The translations under genes were made by a program, and so were the position numbers. From NCBI GenBank assembly GCA_036555845.1, contig DATBKN010000539.1, positions 1-44,122 on the forward strand: 44,122 bases of DNA, given 5' to 3'. Shown piece by piece: positions 25,744-33,662 of this stretch; the first letter of the stretch is position 1; each line of letters begins with the position of its first letter. This DNA comes from Gemmatimonadaceae bacterium (GTDB lineage Bacteria; Gemmatimonadota; Gemmatimonadetes; Gemmatimonadales; Gemmatimonadaceae). Under the pieces are notes generated by a model that worked only from the letters and a program-made list of their open reading frames with translations, was not told the origin of the DNA and ran no database searches.

Positions 25744-26478
25744 GTGAAGGATCGAATTCTTCGCGGGCTTACCGGGCCGCAAATAGGCCTTGTGAGCCGG
25801 CGTGGCTTTGTACGAGCGGTGAGCGCGGTCGCTGGATCAGCCGCGTTAGGTAGCTTTGCTGCTACGTGTGGGGGTGACGGCGCCTCGGGGCCAGAGGAGC
25901 CGCCGCCGGTGGCGCCGGGAGCCATTCGGGGGATCGTGACGGACCTGCAGGGTGCCCCGCAGTCCTCGTTAGGTCGACTCTACCTCATGCGCCAAACCGG
26001 GCAACAGACTGGCCGCATCGCCGACGTCAACGCCGAAGGCCGCTTCACGTTCGACAACCTCGAGCCGCGCGACTACAAGGTGCGCTTTCACGGCGCGGCG
26101 CGCGCCTTCGTCCCGGACGGCATCGTGCACCCCTACCCAGTGACCGTGGAGTCAGGGAAGACGGCCGAAATCCAGGTGAAAGTGCAACTTGGCGTCGAAA
26201 ACGAGATGGAAGTCGAGATCTACGCCGGCGACGACTTCTTCCAGCTGCAGCCTGACGGGCAAGAAAACGGCACGACGAGGGTGAAGGTGGGGACGACAGT
26301 CTGCTGGTACAACGTCGGCACCCAGCCGCACTCGATCACCGGCGGTCCGTGGCGCGATTCGGGCGACCTCAATCGTTCGCAGAATTTCATCTGGGTCGCG
26401 AATCAAGTCGGCGTTTTCCCCTATCGCTGCCGCTACCACACCCCGCATATGGCAGCGACTCTCGAGGTCATAGCGTAA
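25744..26478 (+). CDS. secreted cupredoxin-like protein with a carboxypeptidase-regulatory-like domain
   Basis: TAT-like signal SRRGFVRAVSAVAGSAALG. A central IRGIVTDLQG ... EGRFTFDNLEPRDYKV Ig-like domain is followed by a C-terminal YRCRYHTPHMAATLEV sequence that resembles type-1 copper ligands (C, H, M). The start is uncertain (GTG at 25744 or 25792). Confidence 0.6.
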   Translation: MKDRILRGLTGPQIGLVSRRGFVRAVSAVAGSAALGSFAATCGGDGASGPEEPPPVAPGAIRGIVTDLQGAPQSSLGRLYLMRQTGQQTGRIADVNAEGRFTFDNLEPRDYKVRFHGAARAFVPDGIVHPYPVTVESGKTAEIQVKVQLGVENEMEVEIYAGDDFFQLQPDGQENGTTRVKVGTTVCWYNVGTQPHSITGGPWRDSGDLNRSQNFIWVANQVGVFPYRCRYHTPHMAATLEVIA

Positions 26479-26550
26479 CTGCAGGGCTAGACACCTGAGC
26501 TCCTTCCCTCTTTCACAGACGTCGTTCCACTTCCCCATCTGTAACCCGCA

Positions 26551-26556
26551 AGGAGG
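26551..26556 (+). promoter_or_regulatory. Shine-Dalgarno sequence of the susC-like gene
   Basis: AGGAGG lies 4 nt upstream of ATG 26561. Confidence 0.6.
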
Positions 26557-26560
26557 CAGC

Positions 26561-29551
26561 ATGTACGCGATTCGTTCACCAGGGCAGCTCCGCCCGCGTG
26601 CTCGATCGGTTTTCGTCACCGCCGCGCTTTTGTTGTTAGGCGCTACGGCGCAGGCGCAATCCGGCGTGATCGCGGGAACCGTATCTGACGCGAGCGGTCG
26701 CGGACTTTCGGCAGTCCGCCTCCAGGTCGTCGGTAGTCAGTCGCTCGCGGCCGGGACCGATGATCGCGGCCGGTATGTACTGCGAAACGTGCCGCCGGGA
26801 GCGCAGGTCCTGCGCGCCACGCGCCTCGGCTACCGCCCGGCGACGCAGACAGTCACGGTCCAAAACAATGACACGGCCCGCGTCAACTTCACGTTAGGCG
26901 AGAGCGCCGTCGAGCTTTCCCAGGTCGTCGTCACTGGAACGGGCGGCGCTGTCGAGAAGCGGCAGGTCGGCGCCTCCATCGGTCAGGTGGATGCGGCGAA
27001 ACTGACCGAGTCGATGGCTGTCCCGAACGTTGGAAGCATGCTTTCATCCAAGGTCACGGGTCTGCGCGCGACGACAGTCGGTGGCGGCGTCGGAACAGGC
27101 CAGGACATTCGTATTCGCGGCACCGCGTCGCTCTCGCTGAGCCAGCGGCCGGCGGTGTACGTGGATGGCGTGCGCGTAGATACGCGCGCCACAGAATGGT
27201 TCAACAGCGGCGCGTGCTGCTCGTTTGGCGGTGGCGCGTCGACGGATCGTTTGGGTGACATCAACCCGAACGACATCGAGCGCGTCGAAGTGTTGAAGGG
27301 AGCCGCCGCGGCGACGCTGTACGGGTCGGAAGCGACCAACGGCGTCATCCAGATCTTCACCAAGCGTGGCCGCACGGGCGAGCGCGCGACGGAATGGAAT
27401 CTTGGTGTCTCGACGGGCTTCTCGGAGCTTCGACACAACCTCGAGACGACCCAGTTCCCGCGCTTCGTCGGGCTTCCCGCGTTCGGCGGCGATGGAACAC
27501 GCGCGCTTGACGCCAACGAGACGATGATCGAGAAGGGGCCATACTACGGCGTCGACCTGAGCGCCTCGGGCGGCACGCAGCGCAGCACCTACTTCGCCTC
27601 CTCGCAGTTCAGCAAGGAAGTCGGGTCGATTCAGCCGAACGATCAGGTAAAAGGAACCCTGCGACTGAACCTCTCATTTGCACCTAACGACAAGTGGACG
27701 ATCGAGTCGCGCTCGGCGTATGTGCGAGATCGCATCAACGAGATTCAGGCCGGGAATAACTGGACGGCGCTGCTCGGCAACGCCATCAACGGCAACCCGC
27801 GCTCGGCGACGAAGGTGCGACCGTACGGTGAAGCGTGGGTGCCGGTCGCCGACATCAAGGCGATGACCACGCAGTCCGACGTTGACCGCTGGACCGGCGG
27901 CGTAACGCTGAATTACGCGTTCCGTCCGAACTTCACGCACCGCTTCACTGTCGGCGTGGATGCCGTAAACGACCACAAGGATCGCTTCTTCCCGTACGCC
28001 GGCAACTACGGTCCGGCAGGCGTGACGTTAGGCCAAAAGAACCTCGGACTGCGCAATTACAAGACGTACACGGTGGACTACCTGGCGCAGTACAACTTCA
28101 AGCTGCTTGGCATCGATCACAGTCTCTCCGCGGGTGGCCAGGGTTTCTCAGAAGTTGAGAGCCTGCTGTACGGCATCGGCAATACGTTTGCCGGCCCGGG
28201 CGTGAACTCGATCAGCTCAGCCGCTACGACCTCGTCGCGCGAAGAGTACACGAAGACCGTCAACCTCGGCGTGCTGGCGCAGAATCGCATGTCCTGGAGA
28301 GATCAGCTCTTCATGACCGTTGGACTCCGCGTCGACGGCAACAGCGCGTTCGGAAAAGACTACGGCTACAAGAAGTATCCCAAGGTCGATCTGTCGTACG
28401 ACATGATGAAGGGCGGCTATCTACCCAACTGGGTCAGCGCAGCGCGTGTGCGCGCCGCTTACGGCGAAGCCGGGAAGATGCCGGGGCCGTTCGACTCGTT
28501 CACCAGCTATGCCTCGACGCCGGTCTTCGCGTCCGGCATCGGCATCGTGCCGCTGAACCCGGGCAACGCCGACCTGCGTCCGGAGAAGTCTGTCGAGAAA
28601 GAAGTCGGATTCGAGTTCGGCTTCCTCAACGACCGCCTAGGCGTCGAATGGTCTGTCTACAGACAGACGACGCTCGACGCGATCGTGCAGAAATCCAATC
28701 CACCGTCGGCTGGATTCAGCCAGGCCAAGCGCGTCAACGTGGGCGAGGTCCGGAACGACGGATGGGAAGGGTCGGTGAACTACCAGGTCTATGCAAGTGG
28801 CCGCACCGACTGGACCACAGGCGTTAGGCTCGACGGCAACACGAACAAGATCGTTGACCTTGGAGGCGTGAACCTCGGCAACAACTTCCGTTTGCCGCTC
28901 AAGAAAGACGGGAAGACGACCTACTATCCGATCGGCGGCGTCTGGGATCGTAAGCCGACAGGATTCAGCGTGCAACGCACCGGAACGGATCCCACGTTAG
29001 GCGACTGCACCAAGCTGTCGTACGGTTGCCCCGTGACGACGCGTAGCGATACGGTCATGTACTTTGGCCCCGGCCTGCCGAAATGGAACGCGTCGTGGTC
29101 CAACCAGGTGCGCTACAAGTCGTTGACGTTCTACGGCCTCCTGTCGATGGAGCGCGGCGCATGGTTCGGCAACGGCGATCGCGCCTATCGCATCCGTCAG
29201 GGTGGATCGGATGAATACCTGCAGCACCTCGGGCCCAACGGCGAGCGGACGTTCAAAGCCGACTCCGTTGCGCAATTCGCCAGCATCCTGAACTACAACG
29301 ACAAGCGCGACAACGTCCGGCTTCGCGAGCTCTCGCTGACATGGCAGATTCCCGAGCGCCTATCGAGCTCGTTCAAAGTCGGTCAGACATCTTTGACCCT
29401 AACGGGACAGAACGTGTGGTGGTGGGACGACTGCCACTGCGTCGATCCGAACATGAACTGGGCGGGCGCCAGCTCGTTCAATTTCAATAACGGCTTCTTG
29501 ATGCAGCCTGCTCCGAGAGTATTCCGGGTGCAAGTCCGGACCAGATTCTAG
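26561..29551 (+). CDS. SusC/RagA family TonB-dependent outer-membrane receptor
   Basis: 996-aa ORF with a signal peptide, a carboxypeptidase-regulatory-like N-domain (GTVSDASGRGL...RYVLRNVPPG), a plug domain (IERVEVLKGAAAATLYGSEATNGVIQIFTK) and a C-terminal aromatic residue. AGGAGG lies at 26551-26556, 4 nt upstream of the ATG. Confidence 0.9.
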   Translation: MYAIRSPGQLRPRARSVFVTAALLLLGATAQAQSGVIAGTVSDASGRGLSAVRLQVVGSQSLAAGTDDRGRYVLRNVPPGAQVLRATRLGYRPATQTVTVQNNDTARVNFTLGESAVELSQVVVTGTGGAVEKRQVGASIGQVDAAKLTESMAVPNVGSMLSSKVTGLRATTVGGGVGTGQDIRIRGTASLSLSQRPAVYVDGVRVDTRATEWFNSGACCSFGGGASTDRLGDINPNDIERVEVLKGAAAATLYGSEATNGVIQIFTKRGRTGERATEWNLGVSTGFSELRHNLETTQFPRFVGLPAFGGDGTRALDANETMIEKGPYYGVDLSASGGTQRSTYFASSQFSKEVGSIQPNDQVKGTLRLNLSFAPNDKWTIESRSAYVRDRINEIQAGNNWTALLGNAINGNPRSATKVRPYGEAWVPVADIKAMTTQSDVDRWTGGVTLNYAFRPNFTHRFTVGVDAVNDHKDRFFPYAGNYGPAGVTLGQKNLGLRNYKTYTVDYLAQYNFKLLGIDHSLSAGGQGFSEVESLLYGIGNTFAGPGVNSISSAATTSSREEYTKTVNLGVLAQNRMSWRDQLFMTVGLRVDGNSAFGKDYGYKKYPKVDLSYDMMKGGYLPNWVSAARVRAAYGEAGKMPGPFDSFTSYASTPVFASGIGIVPLNPGNADLRPEKSVEKEVGFEFGFLNDRLGVEWSVYRQTTLDAIVQKSNPPSAGFSQAKRVNVGEVRNDGWEGSVNYQVYASGRTDWTTGVRLDGNTNKIVDLGGVNLGNNFRLPLKKDGKTTYYPIGGVWDRKPTGFSVQRTGTDPTLGDCTKLSYGCPVTTRSDTVMYFGPGLPKWNASWSNQVRYKSLTFYGLLSMERGAWFGNGDRAYRIRQGGSDEYLQHLGPNGERTFKADSVAQFASILNYNDKRDNVRLRELSLTWQIPERLSSSFKVGQTSLTLTGQNVWWWDDCHCVDPNMNWAGASSFNFNNGFLMQPAPRVFRVQVRTRF

Positions 29552-29590
29552 CGATAGCCTAACGAAACCACATACTCGAGACTAATAGCC

Positions 29591-30937
29591 ATGAGTCTAC
29601 ATACTCTTACGTTGCGCGCGGGCCGCATCGCGCTGCATTCAGCCGCGGGAGCGCTGTTCCTCGCGGGAATGGCCTGCAGCGGCGCGCTGGACGTTCCCAA
29701 TCCGCAAGCCTTCGGCGACGACGCTCTCAACAACCCCATCATCCTCAAGACTGTCGCCGACGGCGCCGAGGGTTCGGTGCATCAGGCGTACGACGACATG
29801 ATTCAGATAACTGAGCTGAACAGCGACGACATGGAGTCGACGTCGACGTGGATCGATTGGGAGGATATTTCCGAAGGCCGCCTGCGTCACGACTGGCCAA
29901 CGCCGGGATCGTTCTCTTTCCCGCAAGACCTATTGCTACGCGCGCGCTTCGCGGCGCAGAGCGCCAAGGAGCGCGTTGACAACGTCCTCGGCACGGCTGC
30001 TGGAACGAGTCCGCTCCGTGCTCAAGTGATGCTGATGGACGCAATCGCCGACCTCCTGTTCGGCATGTCAGCCTGCGAGGGGCCGTTGACCGCGGATGCC
30101 GCGAGATCGCCCGACACGGAGTTCTTCAAGCAGGCAGTAACGAAGTTCACGGCGGCGTTGACCGCGGCTCAGGCCATTAGTGGTGACGCGGCGGCGAAGG
30201 CCAAGTGGACCGATGTTGCATATGCGGGACGAGCCCGCGCAAACCTCCTGGCGGGCAACTACGCGGCTGCCAAGACCGACGCGCAGGCAGTGTCGGCTGG
30301 CTTCGTGTACAACGCGCTCTATCAGGAGCTGGCACAGAGCGCGACTGGCAATCAGTTCCACCAGAACCGAAATCGGTCGGGTGGATTGCGGCGCATGTAC
30401 CACGCGCGCGTGCACGAAATTGATCCAGCTCCAACTGGCACAGGTGAGGCGTACCTGCGCGACTGGTTCGACAACACGAAGGACGACAAGCGCATGGCTG
30501 TCACGCGCAAGACAGGACAGCTCGGCGTGAACAACCGCTTCGCGTATTACGGCATCACCAAGTACAACGACCGCAACGCGCCGATCCGGATGTTCTCGAA
30601 GATCGAGATGACACTGATCGAGGCAGAAGCCGCGTTCCGCGTCAACGACTATGCGACAATGACAACCCTGCTCAATTCATTGCGCACGCGGGCGGGAGTT
30701 GCTTTGCCGGCGATTCCAGTCCCAGCATCGGCCGCGGAAGCGCAAGCCGCGCTGCTCAACGAGCGGCAGGCCGAGCTCTTCGTCGAAGGTCACCGCCAGC
30801 AGGATCTGCATCGCTTCAACATGGTCAATTCGTTGTTAGGGCCTGGGCACGCGACAAAGCTGCCACTGTCGCGCAACGAGATCCTGAACAACGCCAACAT
30901 GACGGACGGCGGCGGCGCTTGCCCGAGCGTTTCCTAG
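29591..30937 (+). CDS. RagB/SusD family nutrient-uptake outer-membrane lipoprotein
   Basis: 448-aa ORF immediately downstream of susC-like, with a lipobox (LFLAGMACS) and a C-terminal ERQAELFVEGHRQQDLHRFN SusD-type motif. Confidence 0.8.
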   Translation: MSLHTLTLRAGRIALHSAAGALFLAGMACSGALDVPNPQAFGDDALNNPIILKTVADGAEGSVHQAYDDMIQITELNSDDMESTSTWIDWEDISEGRLRHDWPTPGSFSFPQDLLLRARFAAQSAKERVDNVLGTAAGTSPLRAQVMLMDAIADLLFGMSACEGPLTADAARSPDTEFFKQAVTKFTAALTAAQAISGDAAAKAKWTDVAYAGRARANLLAGNYAAAKTDAQAVSAGFVYNALYQELAQSATGNQFHQNRNRSGGLRRMYHARVHEIDPAPTGTGEAYLRDWFDNTKDDKRMAVTRKTGQLGVNNRFAYYGITKYNDRNAPIRMFSKIEMTLIEAEAAFRVNDYATMTTLLNSLRTRAGVALPAIPVPASAAEAQAALLNERQAELFVEGHRQQDLHRFNMVNSLLGPGHATKLPLSRNEILNNANMTDGGGACPSVS

Positions 30938-30971
30938 CGACGGAGGAGCAGTAGACGGCAGAGTGCAAAGA

Positions 30972-31008
30972 GGGGGCGGCCGCCATTTCCGGACCGCCCC
31001 CTTGTTCT
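30972..31008 (+). terminator. putative intrinsic terminator after susD-like gene
   Basis: GGGGGCGG (30972-30979) pairs with CCGCCCCC (30994-31001) and is followed by TTGTTCT. Confidence 0.55.
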
Positions 31009-31010
31009 GA

Positions 31011-31037
31011 ATCAATGGGGGTCAGACCCCATTTATC
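31011..31037. repeat. palindromic element, copy 3 (ATCAATGGGGGTCAGACCCCATTTATC)
   Basis: Same core and flanks, located just after the susD-like terminator hairpin. Confidence 0.85.
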
Positions 31038-31117
31038 GTGACAGCGAGTCTTGAGGTCGTCGCGTAACTCCGTAGGCTACCAACAATCACTCTATCCCCT
31101 GGCACTAGGCGGACACT

Positions 31118-33562
31118 ATGATCGGCCGACACACACTCAAGTTCGCGAGCCTAACGCTGCTCGGCGCAGCGCTCGCGGCGCCCGCGTTCGCGCAAGCGAA
31201 CTACTCGCGAGCGGAACAGCTGCTCAGTTGGAACACGGACAAGCTCGTGTCAGGCGATCAGGTGAATCCGCAGTGGCTCAAGGACGGCAACCGCTTCTGG
31301 TATCGAAACAAAACGGCTGATGGCGCCGAATTTGTACTCATCGATCCAGTCGCGAATGCGCGGCGGCTGCTCTTCGATCACATGAGACTGGCAGTTGCGA
31401 TGTCGACGGCGGGGGACACCGCGTTTGACGGCAAGCGACTTCCATTCAATACGTTCAAGTTCACGAGCGACGGGGACAACGAAAATGAAATCGAATTCAA
31501 CACTGGGAAGCGGCGATTCGTGTGCAACATTACCAGCTATCGTTGCACCGTTGGGGACACGCTTAAAAGTGATCAGCCCTACGTCCTCTCGCCCGACAAA
31601 AAAAAGGAAGCCTTCATCCACAACTACAACCTCTACGTCCGCACGCGAGGGCAAGCGGACAGCACGCAGCTAACGACGGACGGAATTCAGTGGTTCTCGT
31701 ACGGCCTCGCTGAGCTGCGTCCCTTCCAGACGTTTCGGCCACAAGGGGCGCGACGGCCGTTGTTGCGCTGGTCGCCGGACGGCAAGAAGATCGTGGTCTA
31801 TCGAGTGGACGAGCGCAACGTCGGCCACATGCACTATCTGTCGATGACGTCGCAGCGCGTTAGGCACTTCTCGCAGCCGTACGCCCTCCCTGGCGATTCG
31901 GTGGTGCCGTTCCCGCACATCTATGTCGTTGACGTAGCGACAAAGCAGGTCGTTGAAGCCAAGATCAGTCCCCGGCCCAATCAGTTAGGCATCGGCGGAT
32001 CGGCAGTCGACTCGGCCTGGAGCGAAACGTCGGACAAGGTGCACGTCGCCTTCCAGACGCGCGGCTCGAAGAGCTCCTACCTCGGCGAGATCAACGCGGC
32101 GACAGGCGACTGGCGCGTGATCGCGCGCGACACGGGGAAGACATACACCGAAATCAGCAATCCTCAGGATCCCGCCTCGTGGTACGTGACCAAAGACGGC
32201 AAAGACGCTTTCTGGTGGTCAGAGCGCGATGGCTGGGGACACCTCTATCGCTTCGACGCGACCGGTGTCGCGAACATTACATCGACTGACGGCGACGGCA
32301 GCTTTTCGATGGCGCCGGAGCCCAAGGCGCAACTGACGACGGGCGCATGGCAGGTCGGCCGCATCTCGTACGTCGACGAGACGGCGAAGCAGATCTACTT
32401 CACAGCGCGAGGCCGCGAGGCGAACACGTTCCTCTACTATCCCAAGCTGTATCGCATGGGATACGACGGAAGCAACGTCACCGTCGTGACGCCGGAAGAA
32501 GGCTTCCATCAGATCTCCTTCAGTCCGAGCGGGAAGTATTTCGTCGACACGTATTCGAAGATCGAAACTCCGCCTGTATCAGTTTTGCGCTCGACTGCGA
32601 CAGGTGCTGTCGTTCGCAAGCTCGAGGAGGCGGACGTATCGCGGCTCAAGGCGATCGGGTGGCGGCCCGGCCAGGTGTTCAGCGTGAAGGCGCGCGATGG
32701 CGTCACGGACATCTACGGCGTGCTGTATCTGCCGCCTAACGTGGACTCGACAAAGAAGTATCCCATCATCACGCACATCTATCCCGGCCCGCAGGTCGGC
32801 AGTGTCGGCGCCTGGACCTTCAAGAACGGCGGCGAGCAGTTCTCGCTGGCGGAACTTGGCTTCGTGGTGATTCAGCTCGATCACCTTGGCACTCCGCTCC
32901 GCTCGAAGGCGTTCCACGACAACTACTACGGCTTCTTTGGCGACAACGGGTTGCCGGATCACATCACGGCGATCAAGCAGCTCGCGTCACGCTATCCGTT
33001 CATCGATGCGGATCGCGTAGGGATTTTCGGACACTCGGGCGGCGGCTTTGCGTCGACGGACGCGATCCTGCGCTATCCCGAGTTCTTCAAAGTCGCCGTG
33101 AGTGGCGCGGGAAATCACGACAACCGCAGTTACAACATCTATTGGGCCGAGAAGTATCAAGGACTCATGAACCGCGACACGGTGAAGAAGACAGACAACT
33201 TCGCAACGTCGGCCAACAAGACGATGGCGAAGAATCTGCGCGGTCACTTGCTGCTCATGCACGGCGACATGGATGACAACGTGCATCCGGCGAACACGAT
33301 TCAGGTCGTGGACGAGTTGATCAAGGCGAACCGCACATTCGATCTCATCGTCGCTCCGAACCGTGCACACGGACTCAATGAGCCGTACTTCATTCGCCGG
33401 CGCTGGGACTATTTCGTGCAACACTTGTTAGGCCAGACGCCGCCGGACAACTATCTCATCATCGAGCCCACGAACAATCCGCGGGCAGCGGTGCAGACGC
33501 CGGATGATGAGGACCAGCCGGCTGTCCTGCGGATCTGGCCGATAATGCCGATAAATCCATAG
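31118..33562 (+). CDS. S9 family serine peptidase, dipeptidyl-peptidase IV-like (paralog 1)
   Basis: DPP-IV N-terminal propeller plus a catalytic domain with the nucleophile elbow GHSGGGF, acid GDMDDNVHP and His NRAHG. A signal peptide is present. Confidence 0.9.
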   Translation: MIGRHTLKFASLTLLGAALAAPAFAQANYSRAEQLLSWNTDKLVSGDQVNPQWLKDGNRFWYRNKTADGAEFVLIDPVANARRLLFDHMRLAVAMSTAGDTAFDGKRLPFNTFKFTSDGDNENEIEFNTGKRRFVCNITSYRCTVGDTLKSDQPYVLSPDKKKEAFIHNYNLYVRTRGQADSTQLTTDGIQWFSYGLAELRPFQTFRPQGARRPLLRWSPDGKKIVVYRVDERNVGHMHYLSMTSQRVRHFSQPYALPGDSVVPFPHIYVVDVATKQVVEAKISPRPNQLGIGGSAVDSAWSETSDKVHVAFQTRGSKSSYLGEINAATGDWRVIARDTGKTYTEISNPQDPASWYVTKDGKDAFWWSERDGWGHLYRFDATGVANITSTDGDGSFSMAPEPKAQLTTGAWQVGRISYVDETAKQIYFTARGREANTFLYYPKLYRMGYDGSNVTVVTPEEGFHQISFSPSGKYFVDTYSKIETPPVSVLRSTATGAVVRKLEEADVSRLKAIGWRPGQVFSVKARDGVTDIYGVLYLPPNVDSTKKYPIITHIYPGPQVGSVGAWTFKNGGEQFSLAELGFVVIQLDHLGTPLRSKAFHDNYYGFFGDNGLPDHITAIKQLASRYPFIDADRVGIFGHSGGGFASTDAILRYPEFFKVAVSGAGNHDNRSYNIYWAEKYQGLMNRDTVKKTDNFATSANKTMAKNLRGHLLLMHGDMDDNVHPANTIQVVDELIKANRTFDLIVAPNRAHGLNEPYFIRRRWDYFVQHLLGQTPPDNYLIIEPTNNPRAAVQTPDDEDQPAVLRIWPIMPINP

Positions 33563-33607
33563 GGGCTAGGGGATAGGGGATAGGGCATAGAGCCTAACGC
33601 CATCTAA
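33560..33607 (+). repeat. heptad array of stop triplets starting at the true stop of the S9 peptidase gene
   Basis: TAG at 33560 (the real stop), 33567, 33574, 33581 and 33588, then TAA at 33595, all 7 nt apart, plus TAA at 33605. The units are TAGGGGC TAGGGGA TAGGGGA TAGGGCA TAGAGCC TAACGCC. Confidence 0.9.
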
Positions 33608-33608
33608 C

Positions 33609-33647
33609 GGCCCCGCGGCGAGTACCACACGCGGGGCCGTTCCTTTT
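33609..33647 (+). terminator. putative intrinsic terminator after S9 peptidase paralog 1
   Basis: A 9-bp stem GGCCCCGCG / CGCGGGGCC (33609-33617 / 33630-33638) with a 12-nt loop, followed by GTTCCTTTT. Confidence 0.65.
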
Positions 33648-33662
33648 CCGGGGAAACAGCTC

